A stretch of DNA of 64,000 nt. Origin: an uncultured Chloroflexia bacterium. Its GTDB lineage: Bacteria > Chloroflexota > Limnocylindria > QHBO01. The position numbers and the translations under genes were made by a program. Under the pieces are notes generated by a model. That model was not told where the DNA came from. It saw only the letters and a program-made list of their open reading frames with translations, and made no database searches. The stretch covers positions 672,001 through 736,000 of the forward strand of contig CAWGTN010000002.1 in assembly GCA_963825525.1 (NCBI GenBank). The letters are read 5' to 3'. Numbering within the stretch: position 1 is the stretch's first letter; every line of letters begins with the position of its first letter. Positions 29,278 through 38,571 of this stretch are shown here, piece after piece.

Positions 29278-30279
29278 ATGAAGGCCATTCCCCGACTTCG
29301 ACGCCGCCAGCACCCCGGCCCGACGCTCGCCATCCCCGGCGAGGAGTCGCGCGGAGAGCCGCGCGTGGAGAGCGTCGAGACCCACGCGCTGCGGTGGCTC
29401 AACATCGACGAGCCACGCCTGGTCGATCGCGCCTACCTCAGCGACACCTTCGGGTTCCACGAGCTCGACCTCGAGGACGTGGCCAGCCACAACCAGCGCC
29501 CGAAGGTCGACGAGTACGACGAGTATCTCTTCCTCGTCATGCAGTTCCCCCGCTTCGACCGCGAGTCGGGCAGGCTCCACGCCGCCGAGCTGGATATCTT
29601 CCTCGGGCCTGACTACATCATCACGCTGCCGAACGAGGAGATCCTTCCCCTGCCCGCCCTGTTCGAGCGCGCCCAGATGCGCGAGGACGTGCGTGAGCAG
29701 CTGATGACGAAGGGATCCGGCTACCTGCTGTACCAGATCCTCGACCGCTGCGTGGATGCCAGCTTCCCGATCCTCGGGCAGCTCGGGAGACGGCTGCGGC
29801 GGCTCGAGGACGACATCTTCGAAGGGGGACGATCGTCGGAGATCGTCCGCGACATCAGCAACGCGAAACAGCAGATCATCAACTTCCGCGCGGTGATTCG
29901 GCCGCAGCGTGCTGTCTTCCGCTCGCTCGAGCGGGCGAAGCAGCGCTACCTGACCGACGACCTGGACATCTACTTCGATGACCTGACCGATGCCTCCGAA
30001 CGCATCTGGGACGTGCTCGAGAACTTCATGGAGATCGTCAACGGTCTCGAGAGCACGAATGAATCGGTCCTCTCGCATCGGCTCAACGACGTGCTGCGCA
30101 TCCTCACGGCCGTGACCGTGATCCTGCTGCCGCTCACCCTGCTGACCGGGTTCTTCGGGATGAACGTCGACTTCCCGGGGCAGGAGCACGGAGCACTCTA
30201 CTTCTGGGGCATCGTGGTCACGATGCTCGCGATCCTCATCGGCATGGTCGCCTTCTTTCGGCGGCGTGGCTGGCTGTGA
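29278..30279 (+). CDS. corA: CorA-family Mg/Co transporter
   Basis: QRPKVDEYD, FFGMN signature, two C-terminal TM helices. Confidence 0.93.
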   Translation: MKAIPRLRRRQHPGPTLAIPGEESRGEPRVESVETHALRWLNIDEPRLVDRAYLSDTFGFHELDLEDVASHNQRPKVDEYDEYLFLVMQFPRFDRESGRLHAAELDIFLGPDYIITLPNEEILPLPALFERAQMREDVREQLMTKGSGYLLYQILDRCVDASFPILGQLGRRLRRLEDDIFEGGRSSEIVRDISNAKQQIINFRAVIRPQRAVFRSLERAKQRYLTDDLDIYFDDLTDASERIWDVLENFMEIVNGLESTNESVLSHRLNDVLRILTAVTVILLPLTLLTGFFGMNVDFPGQEHGALYFWGIVVTMLAILIGMVAFFRRRGWL

Positions 30280-30286
30280 CCGCTCC

Positions 30287-31267
30287 TCAGGCGCCGATGG
30301 GGTGCCAGACGGTCTTGATCTCGACGTACTCGCCGATGAGATACGGCGACTGCGCCGTCGCCGACAGCCAGTCGTAGCGCTCCAGACCGGCGGTCGGTGG
30401 TCGGACGAAGCGCTTCACGTTCTCGACCGCCACCTCCTCGAGCACCGCCGCGTCCTCGGCTGACGCGCCGAACGCGTCAAGGGCGTTCACGTCCATGTGG
30501 CCGGCGAGGTGCCCGGAGAGCTCGCGTCGCAGCCCCGTGATCAGGTTGACGACGCCTCCGGGAACATCCGATGTGGCAAGCACCTCGGTCAGTGTGACAG
30601 CCGGCAGGGGCCGCGCCTCCGACGCGAGAACCACCGCCGCGTTGCCGCTGACGATGACCGGCGCCAGGCGGCTCACGAGGCCCAGAAGGCTCGACGTCTC
30701 GGGAGCAATCACACCGACCACGCCGGTCGGCTCGGGGATGCTGAAGTTGAAGTAGCTGCCGGCCACCGGGTTCACGGTGCCGATCGACTGCGCGTACTTG
30801 TCGGCCCATCCGGCGTACCAGACCCAGCGGTCGACGGCCGCATCGACGATCCGGGTGGCTCGCGCGCGGCCCACGCCCTCGGAGATCATCACCTCCGCGA
30901 TGAACTGGTCCCGTCGGCCCTCCATCAGCTCCGCGATTCGGTACAGGATCTGACTGCGGTTGAAGGCCGTCTTGGCGGCCCAACCCGGCTGGGCCTTGCG
31001 CGCCGCGCGGACCGCCTCGCGGACGTCCTTGCGGGTGCCGCGGCAGGCATTCGCCAGCAGCTCGCCCCTGGCACCGAAGATCTCGTAGGAACGGCCCGAT
31101 TCGGTCCGGGGAAACGCGCCGCCGATGTAGAGCTTGTACGTCTTGCGCACGCCGATGCGATCGCCGCGGGTCCCCGCGCCGTTGGTCGTCGCCAGCGGCT
31201 GCGCTGCACGCTGGTCGAGGACGGATGGGCGCTTCGCGCGCGAGGCGGTCTTCGTCCGGGGGCTCAT
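30287..31267 (-). CDS. Short aldehyde dehydrogenase-family protein lacking the catalytic domain
   Basis: KTYKLYIGGAFPRTESGR, YAGWADK, DVPGGVVNLITG, KTVWHPIG; no ELGG/Cys segment. Confidence 0.88.
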   Translation of the reverse strand: MSPRTKTASRAKRPSVLDQRAAQPLATTNGAGTRGDRIGVRKTYKLYIGGAFPRTESGRSYEIFGARGELLANACRGTRKDVREAVRAARKAQPGWAAKTAFNRSQILYRIAELMEGRRDQFIAEVMISEGVGRARATRIVDAAVDRWVWYAGWADKYAQSIGTVNPVAGSYFNFSIPEPTGVVGVIAPETSSLLGLVSRLAPVIVSGNAAVVLASEARPLPAVTLTEVLATSDVPGGVVNLITGLRRELSGHLAGHMDVNALDAFGASAEDAAVLEEVAVENVKRFVRPPTAGLERYDWLSATAQSPYLIGEYVEIKTVWHPIGA

Positions 31268-32787
31268 CGGCCGTTCGACCCGTTGCCCGACAGATCCAGG
31301 TACGCCCCGAGTCCGTGGATGCCGCCCTCGCGCCCGTAGCCGGACTCCTTGTAGCCGCCGAACGGGCTCGTCGGATCGAAGCGATTGAACGTGTTCGCCC
31401 ACACCACGCCGGCGCGCATGGCGTTGATCATCTTGAAGATGCGGCTCCCCTTTTCGGTCCACACCCCTGCCGACAGGCCGTACGGCGTGTTGTTCGCCTT
31501 CTCGATCGCCTCGTCCGGGGTTCGGAACGTCAGCACGGACAGCACCGGGCCGAAGATCTCCTCCTGCGCGATGCGATGGCTCTGGCTCACCCCGGTGAAC
31601 AGCGTGGGCCGGAAGAAGAACCCGCGCGTGGGAAGCTCGCAGTCGGGCTGGAAGATCTCGGCCCCCTCGGCGATGCCCGATTCGACGAGCTCCTGGACCT
31701 TGGCCAGCTGGCCGGCGGAGTTGATGGCGCCGACGTCGGTGTTCTTGTCGAGTGGGTCGCCGACTCGGAGCGTGCCCAGCCGCGCCTTGAGCTTGTCGAT
31801 GAGCTGGTCATACACGCTCTCCTGGACGAAGAGCCGCGAACCGGCACAGCACACCTCGCCCTGGTTGAAGTAGATGCCGTTGATGATGCCCTCGATCGCC
31901 TGGTCCAGCGGTGCGTCGTCGAACACGATGTTGGCTGCCTTGCCGCCCAGCTCGAGGGTCACCTTCTTCCCTGATCCGGCCAGCCTGCGGGCAATCATCT
32001 TCCCCACGGCGGTCGAACCGGTGAAGGCGACCTTGCTGACGTCAGGGTGCGCCACCAGCTCCATGCCGATCTCGCCCGGTCCGGTGATGATGTTCACGAC
32101 GCCCGGCGGCAGGTCCGCCTGCCGCACGACATCGGCGAACAGGTAGGCCGTCAGCGGCGTGGTGGAAGCCGGCTTCAGGACGACGGTGTTGCCTGCCGCC
32201 AGCGCCGGAGCGATCTTCCAGGCCAGCATGAGCAGCGGGAAGTTCCAGGGGATGACCTGGGCAGCAACCCCGAGGGATCGCGGGTCGCGGTTCGGAAAGG
32301 CGTACTCGAGCTTGTCGGCCCAGCCCGCGTAGTAGAAGAAATGGGCGGCTGCCAGTGGCACGTCGACGTCGCGCGACTCCTTGATCGGCTTGCCGGAGTT
32401 CATGCTCTCGACGACCGCGAACTCGCGACTTCGCTCCTGCATGATCCGCGCGATGCGGTAGAGGTACTTCGCTCGCTCGCGACCGGGCAGCTTCGACCAG
32501 GAGGTCCGATGCGCCTCGCGGGCGGCCCCGACTGCCCGGCTGACATCCGCCTTCGAGGCGTGGGCCACCTTGGCCAGCGGCTCCTCCGTGGCGGGATTGA
32601 TCACCGTGAACGTCTTCCGCGGCCGCGACGGACGGAACTCGTTGTCGATGAAGAGCCCGTACTCGGGCTCGATCCGGATGTGATCCGTGGCTTCGGGAGC
32701 CGGCGCGTACTCCCACGGGCTGTCGCCCGCGGCAAGTCCCCACGAATTGGGTGCGGGGCGCGACTCCGGCTTCTGGGTGAGCGTCAT
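31264..32787 (-). CDS. Aldehyde dehydrogenase
   Basis: IPWNFP, FTGST, LELGGK, NQGEVCCAG, EEIFGP, FGGYKESG. Confidence 0.95.
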   Translation of the reverse strand: MTLTQKPESRPAPNSWGLAAGDSPWEYAPAPEATDHIRIEPEYGLFIDNEFRPSRPRKTFTVINPATEEPLAKVAHASKADVSRAVGAAREAHRTSWSKLPGRERAKYLYRIARIMQERSREFAVVESMNSGKPIKESRDVDVPLAAAHFFYYAGWADKLEYAFPNRDPRSLGVAAQVIPWNFPLLMLAWKIAPALAAGNTVVLKPASTTPLTAYLFADVVRQADLPPGVVNIITGPGEIGMELVAHPDVSKVAFTGSTAVGKMIARRLAGSGKKVTLELGGKAANIVFDDAPLDQAIEGIINGIYFNQGEVCCAGSRLFVQESVYDQLIDKLKARLGTLRVGDPLDKNTDVGAINSAGQLAKVQELVESGIAEGAEIFQPDCELPTRGFFFRPTLFTGVSQSHRIAQEEIFGPVLSVLTFRTPDEAIEKANNTPYGLSAGVWTEKGSRIFKMINAMRAGVVWANTFNRFDPTSPFGGYKESGYGREGGIHGLGAYLDLSGNGSNGR

Positions 32788-32863
32788 CGCCGCAGATTAT
32801 CGCACGCACGCCCCGACGGGCCCCATCGGGCCGTCCCGCGCGCTGCGCTACACTCCGCCGGCC

Positions 32864-33499
32864 ATGCCGTCCCTCGCGCCCAGAGCGGGCATCCTCGCCG
32901 CCCTGGCAATCGGCTTCCTCGTCGGCGCCCTCAGCTCATTCGGCGACGGGGCACCCGTAACCGTCGTGAATGCGCTGGCCAATGCCGCCGGGCCGTGGCT
33001 CATCGGCGCGTTCTTCGCCGGTGCTCTCCAGACCGACCACCGACGCGGGGCAGTGGCCGGCGTCGCTGCACTGCTCGTTGCCTTCGGCCTCTACTACGGG
33101 CGGATCTGGCTGGCCGGCAACGGCTTGCCTGTGGCCCTGGCCCTCGGGTGGCTGGTGCTCACGGTCGCTGTCGGCCCGACGATGGGGATGGTCGGCGCCG
33201 CCTGGGTCCGGCGCGATGATCGCTGGAGGACGGTGGCCGTCAGCCTTCTGGCGGCCGGCCTGCTGGCGGAGGCGGCCCACCGCTTCATCCTGCTGGAGGC
33301 GTGGGACGGCATCGACCTGTCACGCACCTACATGCAGCTCGCCGTGGCGAACACCGTGATCGCCGTGGCCCTCCCACTGACGCTGCTCGAGCGACGTCGG
33401 TGGCTCCCAGCGTTCGCGAGTGCCCTCGCGCTCGGCACGGTGTCGCTCGTCATCCTGCTCGGCGTCGCTGCCGTCCTCGCCGCGCTCAGCGGGCGCTGA
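32864..33499 (+). CDS. Membrane protein (DUF6518-like)
   Basis: Multiple TM helices, LANAAGPW motif; TACACT 9 nt before ATG. Confidence 0.7.
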   Translation: MPSLAPRAGILAALAIGFLVGALSSFGDGAPVTVVNALANAAGPWLIGAFFAGALQTDHRRGAVAGVAALLVAFGLYYGRIWLAGNGLPVALALGWLVLTVAVGPTMGMVGAAWVRRDDRWRTVAVSLLAAGLLAEAAHRFILLEAWDGIDLSRTYMQLAVANTVIAVALPLTLLERRRWLPAFASALALGTVSLVILLGVAAVLAALSGR

Positions 33500-33537
33500 G
33501 CCGGCCTACGCGTCCTCCACACTGATCGTGGAGACTG

Positions 33538-33924
33538 TCATTCCCCCACCGTCCCGACCACCTCGACAGATTCGGCCCAGCTCACGTCGTCTGCGGTGTC
33601 GAGCTCCACGCCGGCAAGGTCGAGTCCCAGAATCTCGATTCGATCCCCCGCACACTGCGGCGGGAAGGACTCGGCGATCGCACTGCACAGGAGCACGGTC
33701 CCGTCGCCGTCGACGAAGAGGGCGCCGGTGACCCGGATCGGCAGGTCCGCGCTGACGCCGAGCGCCTGGCCGACCTGCAGCGCCGGAGCCTCCGGGATCG
33801 CGTCGACGATGGTGAGCACGGGAAGGCCAGTCGAGCCTCCCGGAGGTGGCGTGGCGCTCCCCGGTGCGGCGCAGCCCGCGATCAGCAGGGTGCCGCCGAG
33901 CACCAGAGCGGTTCGAATGGACAC
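33538..33924 (-). CDS. Hypothetical lipoprotein
   Basis: Lipobox IAGC; LCSAIAESFPPQC motif. Confidence 0.75.
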   Translation of the reverse strand: MSIRTALVLGGTLLIAGCAAPGSATPPPGGSTGLPVLTIVDAIPEAPALQVGQALGVSADLPIRVTGALFVDGDGTVLLCSAIAESFPPQCAGDRIEILGLDLAGVELDTADDVSWAESVEVVGTVGE

Positions 33925-33964
33925 GGGCGTCGGTCTCCGATGCGAGATGGGATTCGCCGCGTCA

Positions 33965-33990
33965 GACGTGCAGCGGCGTCGCCCGGTTCC
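33965..33990 (-). promoter_or_regulatory. Putative ECF-sigma promoter
   Basis: GGAACC-16 nt-CGTC upstream of the lipoprotein gene. Confidence 0.5.
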
Positions 33991-33992
33991 CT

Positions 33993-34607
33993 TCAGCCGG
34001 ATGTCGCCCCTTCGAGTTCCAGGAGGAAGCGCTTACGGTCGGGCCCGCCCGCGTATCCGCCGAGGCCGCCCGACGCGTGCAGCACGCGGTGACACGGGAC
34101 GACGATGGGGATCGGGTTCGACCCGAGCGCATTGCCCGCGGCCCGGTACGCCTTCGGGGAGCCCGCTGCGGCAGCAACGTCGCGGTACGAGCTCACCGAG
34201 CCGAACGGGATCCGCGCGGTGGCGCGCAGGACGTCGTGAGCGAAGCCACGGATCAGGCGCCAGTCGACCTCGACATCGAACTCGCGCCGCGAGCCGGCGA
34301 AGTACTCCTCAAGCTGCCTCCGGACCGCGTCGGTCCGCTCGGGAGCCCGCAGAACGCGCGGCGAGACGGCGTCGGCGAGCTCGCGGAGCTGCGACTCGGT
34401 CTGCTCGTCGGGATAGGCCACCCGGACGAGTCCGCGCGCCGTCACGAACAGCGTCAGCGGACCGAGCGGAGAGTCGTACGACGCGTAGGCGACGTCCAGC
34501 AGGCCGGCGTGCGTTGCGTCGGCGACCAGCCGCCGGCGCAGCCGATCCAGGTCGAGAGGCTCCGCCGCCACCTGCCGGGCCAGCGCTCGCTCGAGATCGT
34601 CGGTCAC
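33993..34607 (-). CDS. ogt: Methylated-DNA-protein-cysteine methyltransferase with N-terminal extension
   Basis: DSPLGPL, IPFG..SY, RAAGNA, NPIPIVVPCHRV, GGYAGG. Confidence 0.93.
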   Translation of the reverse strand: MTDDLERALARQVAAEPLDLDRLRRRLVADATHAGLLDVAYASYDSPLGPLTLFVTARGLVRVAYPDEQTESQLRELADAVSPRVLRAPERTDAVRRQLEEYFAGSRREFDVEVDWRLIRGFAHDVLRATARIPFGSVSSYRDVAAAAGSPKAYRAAGNALGSNPIPIVVPCHRVLHASGGLGGYAGGPDRKRFLLELEGATSG

Positions 34608-35089
34608 GACGCCACCTCCCGCCGCAGGCGGCGCAGGGCCGTGCTCACGTTCTGGCGTGCGGCCTCCGCGCTCGTTCCCATGCGTTCCCCGATCTCGTCG
34701 TAGGGCAGATCCAGCACGAAGCGATGGACGATCGCCACCCGCTGCTTCGGAGGCAGCGACCGCACCTGCGCCCAGAGCGCGTCGTCGGGCAGCTCGGGAT
34801 GCACCGGCGCCACGGGATCGTGGCCGCCAAGCTCGCTCTCGGGCCGGCGGCCCCGTCGTCGGACCACGTCAGTCGCCTTCCGCTGGGCGATCGTGTACAG
34901 CCACGCTCGCAAGTGATGGGCGTTGCTGAGCTTTGGATAGGCGCGGAGCGCGGACATGTAGGTCTCCTGGAGGCAATCCTCCGCCTCGATCGGGCCGACA
35001 AGCCCCACGAGAAAACGATGGAGCTCGCGGGCATGGGCCTCGATCAGAAGCTCGAACGGCGGCAGGTGCACACGGATGGAACGGCTCAC
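34604..35089 (-). CDS. ECF sigma factor
   Basis: AEDCLQET, LRAWLYTIA, LPPKQR, Y.EIGERMG..ARQN (regions 2 and 4 only). Confidence 0.9.
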   Translation of the reverse strand: MSRSIRVHLPPFELLIEAHARELHRFLVGLVGPIEAEDCLQETYMSALRAYPKLSNAHHLRAWLYTIAQRKATDVVRRRGRRPESELGGHDPVAPVHPELPDDALWAQVRSLPPKQRVAIVHRFVLDLPYDEIGERMGTSAEAARQNVSTALRRLRREVAS

Positions 35090-35784
35090 ATGTCGGCAGC
35101 GTGAGATCGATCCGCCGCGCGACGGACGAGCTCCTCAAGGGCCGTCGGGTCGTCCCGCTCGACCACGTAGGCCCCCTCGGCGCCGCCGGCGCGCCAGCCG
35201 ATCTCGATGCCGGGATTCTGCGCGTTGGTCCCGTCGGGGCAGAAGACGTGCACTGAGCCCCGGACCTCGTCTCCGCGCGCAACGGCCCAGTCGGCAATCA
35301 GGTCGCCGCGCGCAACGCCGGTGTCGAGCGCATCGGCGAGCGCCCCGACATCGACGTCATCGCACTCGTTGGCGACTTCCAGGATCACGTGGCGCAGGCT
35401 GATGCAGCGGCTCTCCCCGAAGAATGCCCGGCGGAGGCCGCGATCGAGCTCGTCGGAGGCTGCCAGGGATTGGAGCTTCGCGGCCTGTACGGCCTCCATC
35501 GGCGGCAGCATGGTGACCGGCCATGCATGATCCGCGGCGCTCCACGCCTGCCAGCCCGCTCGGGGCGCGAGGGTGCGCGCCACCGGCCACTCGGCATCGA
35601 TGCTGGTTCGGGGCGTGGGCTCGCTGTTGAACAGCTCGAGCGGGAAGGCGTGGTGATCGAACGCCACACGGTCCTCGAGGCCCAAGCGCCGACGTGCGTC
35701 GTGGAGTCGCCAGATCACCGCGTGCGACCAGGGGCAGCCAATGTCCGACCACAGCATCATCGTCCCGGGCGCAACGTCGATCAT
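35086..35784 (-). CDS. DsbA/FrnE-like thioredoxin-fold protein (CxxS)
   Basis: WSDIGCPWS, LRRAFF, VRGS. Confidence 0.82.
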   Translation of the reverse strand: MIDVAPGTMMLWSDIGCPWSHAVIWRLHDARRRLGLEDRVAFDHHAFPLELFNSEPTPRTSIDAEWPVARTLAPRAGWQAWSAADHAWPVTMLPPMEAVQAAKLQSLAASDELDRGLRRAFFGESRCISLRHVILEVANECDDVDVGALADALDTGVARGDLIADWAVARGDEVRGSVHVFCPDGTNAQNPGIEIGWRAGGAEGAYVVERDDPTALEELVRRAADRSHAADM

Positions 35785-35812
35785 CGCTCCAACTCTACCG
35801 AGCGGGGGTGGG

Positions 35813-36706
35813 TCAGGGTTCGACCACCACGTTCAGCGCGGTATCGCCGATCTCGACGTTCTGATGATTCCCGGAGAAGCGATTGCCGCGGATCGTGACC
35901 CCGTCGGCGTTCGAGGCGATGATCACGCCCCACCAGCCATTGCGGATCTCGTTTCCCTCGATGAGCAGATTGACCGGGCCCGGGTCATGGAAGACGTGGA
36001 TGGCACCACCGCCCAGGCCGCTCGCATCGAGCACGCTGTTGCGAATCGTGAGGTTGGTGACCGGTCCCGCCCCCGGGTAGATCAGGTGCTCGAGGACCGA
36101 TCCGGGGTCGCCTCCGCTGCTGTTGCCCTCCATGACCAGCCCATCGAGGACAACATCACTGGTCGCTCCCAGGACGAGCAGGATGCCGTTCTGCACGGGC
36201 CGGTAGTTCGTGATCTGGAGATCCTCGATGACCAGGTCGTGCACGTCGCTGAAGATCAGCCACTGCTCGAGCCCGTCCCCGTCGAAGATCGCGGTCTCAC
36301 CGGGGGCCGCCGCGAAGGTGATCGGCGCCTCGGGGGTCCCGCTGGCGACCCACCCGTAGCCTCCCTGCCCGATGTATCGGCCGCCGCGCGCGAGCAGAGT
36401 GTCGCCCGGGCGAAGCTCCCCGGATGCGCGGATGGCCGAGCGCCACGGGTGCTCGCTGCTGCCATCCGCCGCGTCGTCTCCATCCGGCGCGAGGTAGTAC
36501 GTCCGCACGCCGTCGTCGAGGCTCGAGCTCGGAGTGACGATCGGGCGACCGGTGGCCGCGGGCGTGCCCGACGGCGGGTTGCCGGGGAGCACTCCCTCGG
36601 CCGGTGACCGCCACGGCCCGAAGCCCACGATCAGGAGGCCGAGCAACCCCACGGCAACCGCCGGGGCGAGGACGATCAGCCATCGAGGAATCGGGCCAGA
36701 GCGCAT
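35813..36706 (-). CDS. Membrane-anchored right-handed beta-helix protein
   Basis: N-terminal TM, YYLAPDGDDAADGS..PWRS, PGDTLLARGG, repeating I..N beta-helix pattern. Confidence 0.82.
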   Translation of the reverse strand: MRSGPIPRWLIVLAPAVAVGLLGLLIVGFGPWRSPAEGVLPGNPPSGTPAATGRPIVTPSSSLDDGVRTYYLAPDGDDAADGSSEHPWRSAIRASGELRPGDTLLARGGRYIGQGGYGWVASGTPEAPITFAAAPGETAIFDGDGLEQWLIFSDVHDLVIEDLQITNYRPVQNGILLVLGATSDVVLDGLVMEGNSSGGDPGSVLEHLIYPGAGPVTNLTIRNSVLDASGLGGGAIHVFHDPGPVNLLIEGNEIRNGWWGVIIASNADGVTIRGNRFSGNHQNVEIGDTALNVVVEP

Positions 36707-36717
36707 GGGACGCGGAC

Positions 36718-37680
36718 TCAGTCGAGCGTGAAGTAGTCGCTGCCCGAGTAGCGCCCGGTGCGCTCCTTGCGGATCTGCATGAGCACGTCGTTCAGCAGGC
36801 TCGATGCGCCGAAGCGGAAAAGGTCAGGTGTCATCCAACGCGGGCCGAGGGTCTCGTACAGGGTCGTGAGGTACGAGATCGCCTCCTTGGCGGTCTTGAT
36901 CCCACCTGCCGGCTTCATACCCACCACGCGCCCGGTCTGGGCGTGGAAGTCTCGGATCGCCTCGAGCATGACGAGCGTGACCGGGAGCGTGGCCGCGGGC
37001 TGCACCTTTCCGGTCGAGGTCTTGATGAAGTCGGCACCGGCGGCCATGGCCAGGACCGAGGCACGACGCACGTTGTCGTAGGTCTCCAGCTCGCCGGTCT
37101 CGAGGATCACCTTGAGGTGCGCCTCGCCGCACGCGTCCTTGACCGCAACGATCTCGTCGTACACCGATGCGTAGTCCCCCGCCAGGAAGGCGCCGCGGTC
37201 GATGACCATGTCGATCTCGTCGGCTCCCATTTCGACGGCGCCGCGCACGTCAGCCAGCTTGAGCTCGAGGGGCGCCTGTCCAGACGGGAAGTAGGTCGCC
37301 ACCGATGCGACCTTGACTCCCGACCCCTTCAGAGCCTCGACGGCGGTCGGAATCATGTTGGGATACACGCACAGCGCAGCCACCGAGGGAATGCTCGGGT
37401 CCGTGGGATCCGGCCGGCGCGCCTTGCCCGCGAGAGCGCGAATCTTGCCGGGAGTGTCCTTCCCCTCGAGCGTGGTGAGATCCATCATGCGGATCGCCAT
37501 GTCGAGGGCCCACAGCTTGGCGTCCTTCTTGATCGATCGCTTCGCGAGACTCGCGGCCCGCTCCTCCACGCCGACGGCGTCGACGGCCCAGACGCGGCCC
37601 AGCAAACTGCCCAGATGCTGGTGCTGCTTGCCGGTCAGCTCGCGTCGCGAAGTCGTGAGATCGCTGGTGGAGGTGCTCAT
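36718..37680 (-). CDS. deoC: Deoxyribose-phosphate aldolase
   Basis: DLTTLEG, GADEIDMVI, KVILETGEL, FIKTSTGK, KPAGGI, RFGASSLL. Confidence 0.96.
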   Translation of the reverse strand: MSTSTSDLTTSRRELTGKQHQHLGSLLGRVWAVDAVGVEERAASLAKRSIKKDAKLWALDMAIRMMDLTTLEGKDTPGKIRALAGKARRPDPTDPSIPSVAALCVYPNMIPTAVEALKGSGVKVASVATYFPSGQAPLELKLADVRGAVEMGADEIDMVIDRGAFLAGDYASVYDEIVAVKDACGEAHLKVILETGELETYDNVRRASVLAMAAGADFIKTSTGKVQPAATLPVTLVMLEAIRDFHAQTGRVVGMKPAGGIKTAKEAISYLTTLYETLGPRWMTPDLFRFGASSLLNDVLMQIRKERTGRYSGSDYFTLD

Positions 37681-37727
37681 CGGCCGATCATTGTACCGTC
37701 CGCGCAGCCTGCTACCCTTCGAGGCCG

Positions 37728-38099
37728 ATGGCCGCTGAACCGATCGTGTACTGCGTGACCCGTGACCGCGCGCTCGCCGCGGCGCTCGACGGCCGCCTGG
37801 CCGGCGCGATCGCGTTCTTCTATAACGATGCTGCACGCCTGCACCAGGCCGTCATGCTGCGCCGGCCCGATCACGTGGTCGTCGACACTGGCGCGATTCA
37901 TGAGGAGTACGGCGACGCCGGACTGGGCCCGGTGCTGGACTTCCTGCGCCATCGCGCCGCCGGCACGAGGCTGTCGATTCGACCGACGCTCGGCGCCGAG
38001 CACCTGATCCTGGCCGAGGCCGGAACCGACGTGTCGCTCCTGCCGCACGAGATCAACGCGTGCGTGGAAGCCGTTGCCTCCGCCTGTGGCTGCGACTGA
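37728..38099 (+). CDS. Hypothetical protein, possible degenerate receiver-like fold
   Basis: 123-aa alpha/beta pattern with VVVD; fills the gap between deoC and sodX. Confidence 0.6.
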   Translation: MAAEPIVYCVTRDRALAAALDGRLAGAIAFFYNDAARLHQAVMLRRPDHVVVDTGAIHEEYGDAGLGPVLDFLRHRAAGTRLSIRPTLGAEHLILAEAGTDVSLLPHEINACVEAVASACGCD

Positions 38100-38105
38100 C
38101 GGGCG

Positions 38106-38558
38106 TCAGCCGTCCCCCGCGATGAGGGCCGAGGGCACGGCGCAGGCGGACTCGCCGCCGAACTCGGCAGCGACCGGTGCCGGCGGTATCCGGCCGCGGC
38201 GACGCGGAGGCCAGTAGCGCCAGGCGACCACCCAGCTGATGCCGGACGCGGGCACCGCACCGAAGACGCGGCCATCCGTGCTCCAGGCGGGATTGTCGCC
38301 GCGCAGATCCACGCCCGAGGCGCGGACGCGCGCCACCCGCTTGACGATCTCGCGGGATGGCCGCCGAGGGTCAGTGACGACCACCACGTCTCCGGGGCGC
38401 GGTGGCCGTGCCCGTCGAACCAGCAGGAGTCGATCCCCCGGCGCGAGGGTCGGCAGCATCGAACGGCCGCGCACCTCGACGGTGTCGAGCCAACGCCGAG
38501 CGACCCATGCCACCGCGAGGACGAAGAGAGGCGCCACGGCGGCGCCTCTCCATCTCAT
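38106..38558 (-). CDS. sodX: Nickel SOD maturation peptidase (S26)
   Basis: GRSMLPTL, IVKRV, GDN..STDGR.FG; directly downstream of sodN. Confidence 0.9.
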   Translation of the reverse strand: MRWRGAAVAPLFVLAVAWVARRWLDTVEVRGRSMLPTLAPGDRLLLVRRARPPRPGDVVVVTDPRRPSREIVKRVARVRASGVDLRGDNPAWSTDGRVFGAVPASGISWVVAWRYWPPRRRGRIPPAPVAAEFGGESACAVPSALIAGDG

Positions 38559-38571
38559 CGGTGGCCGCCCG

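Noticed and set aside
35060-35110. CTCAC...GTGAG inverted repeat and TCAC-N17-CGTT as an autoregulatory ECF promoter
   Set aside because: Only 5-bp arms inside coding sequence; too weak without comparative data
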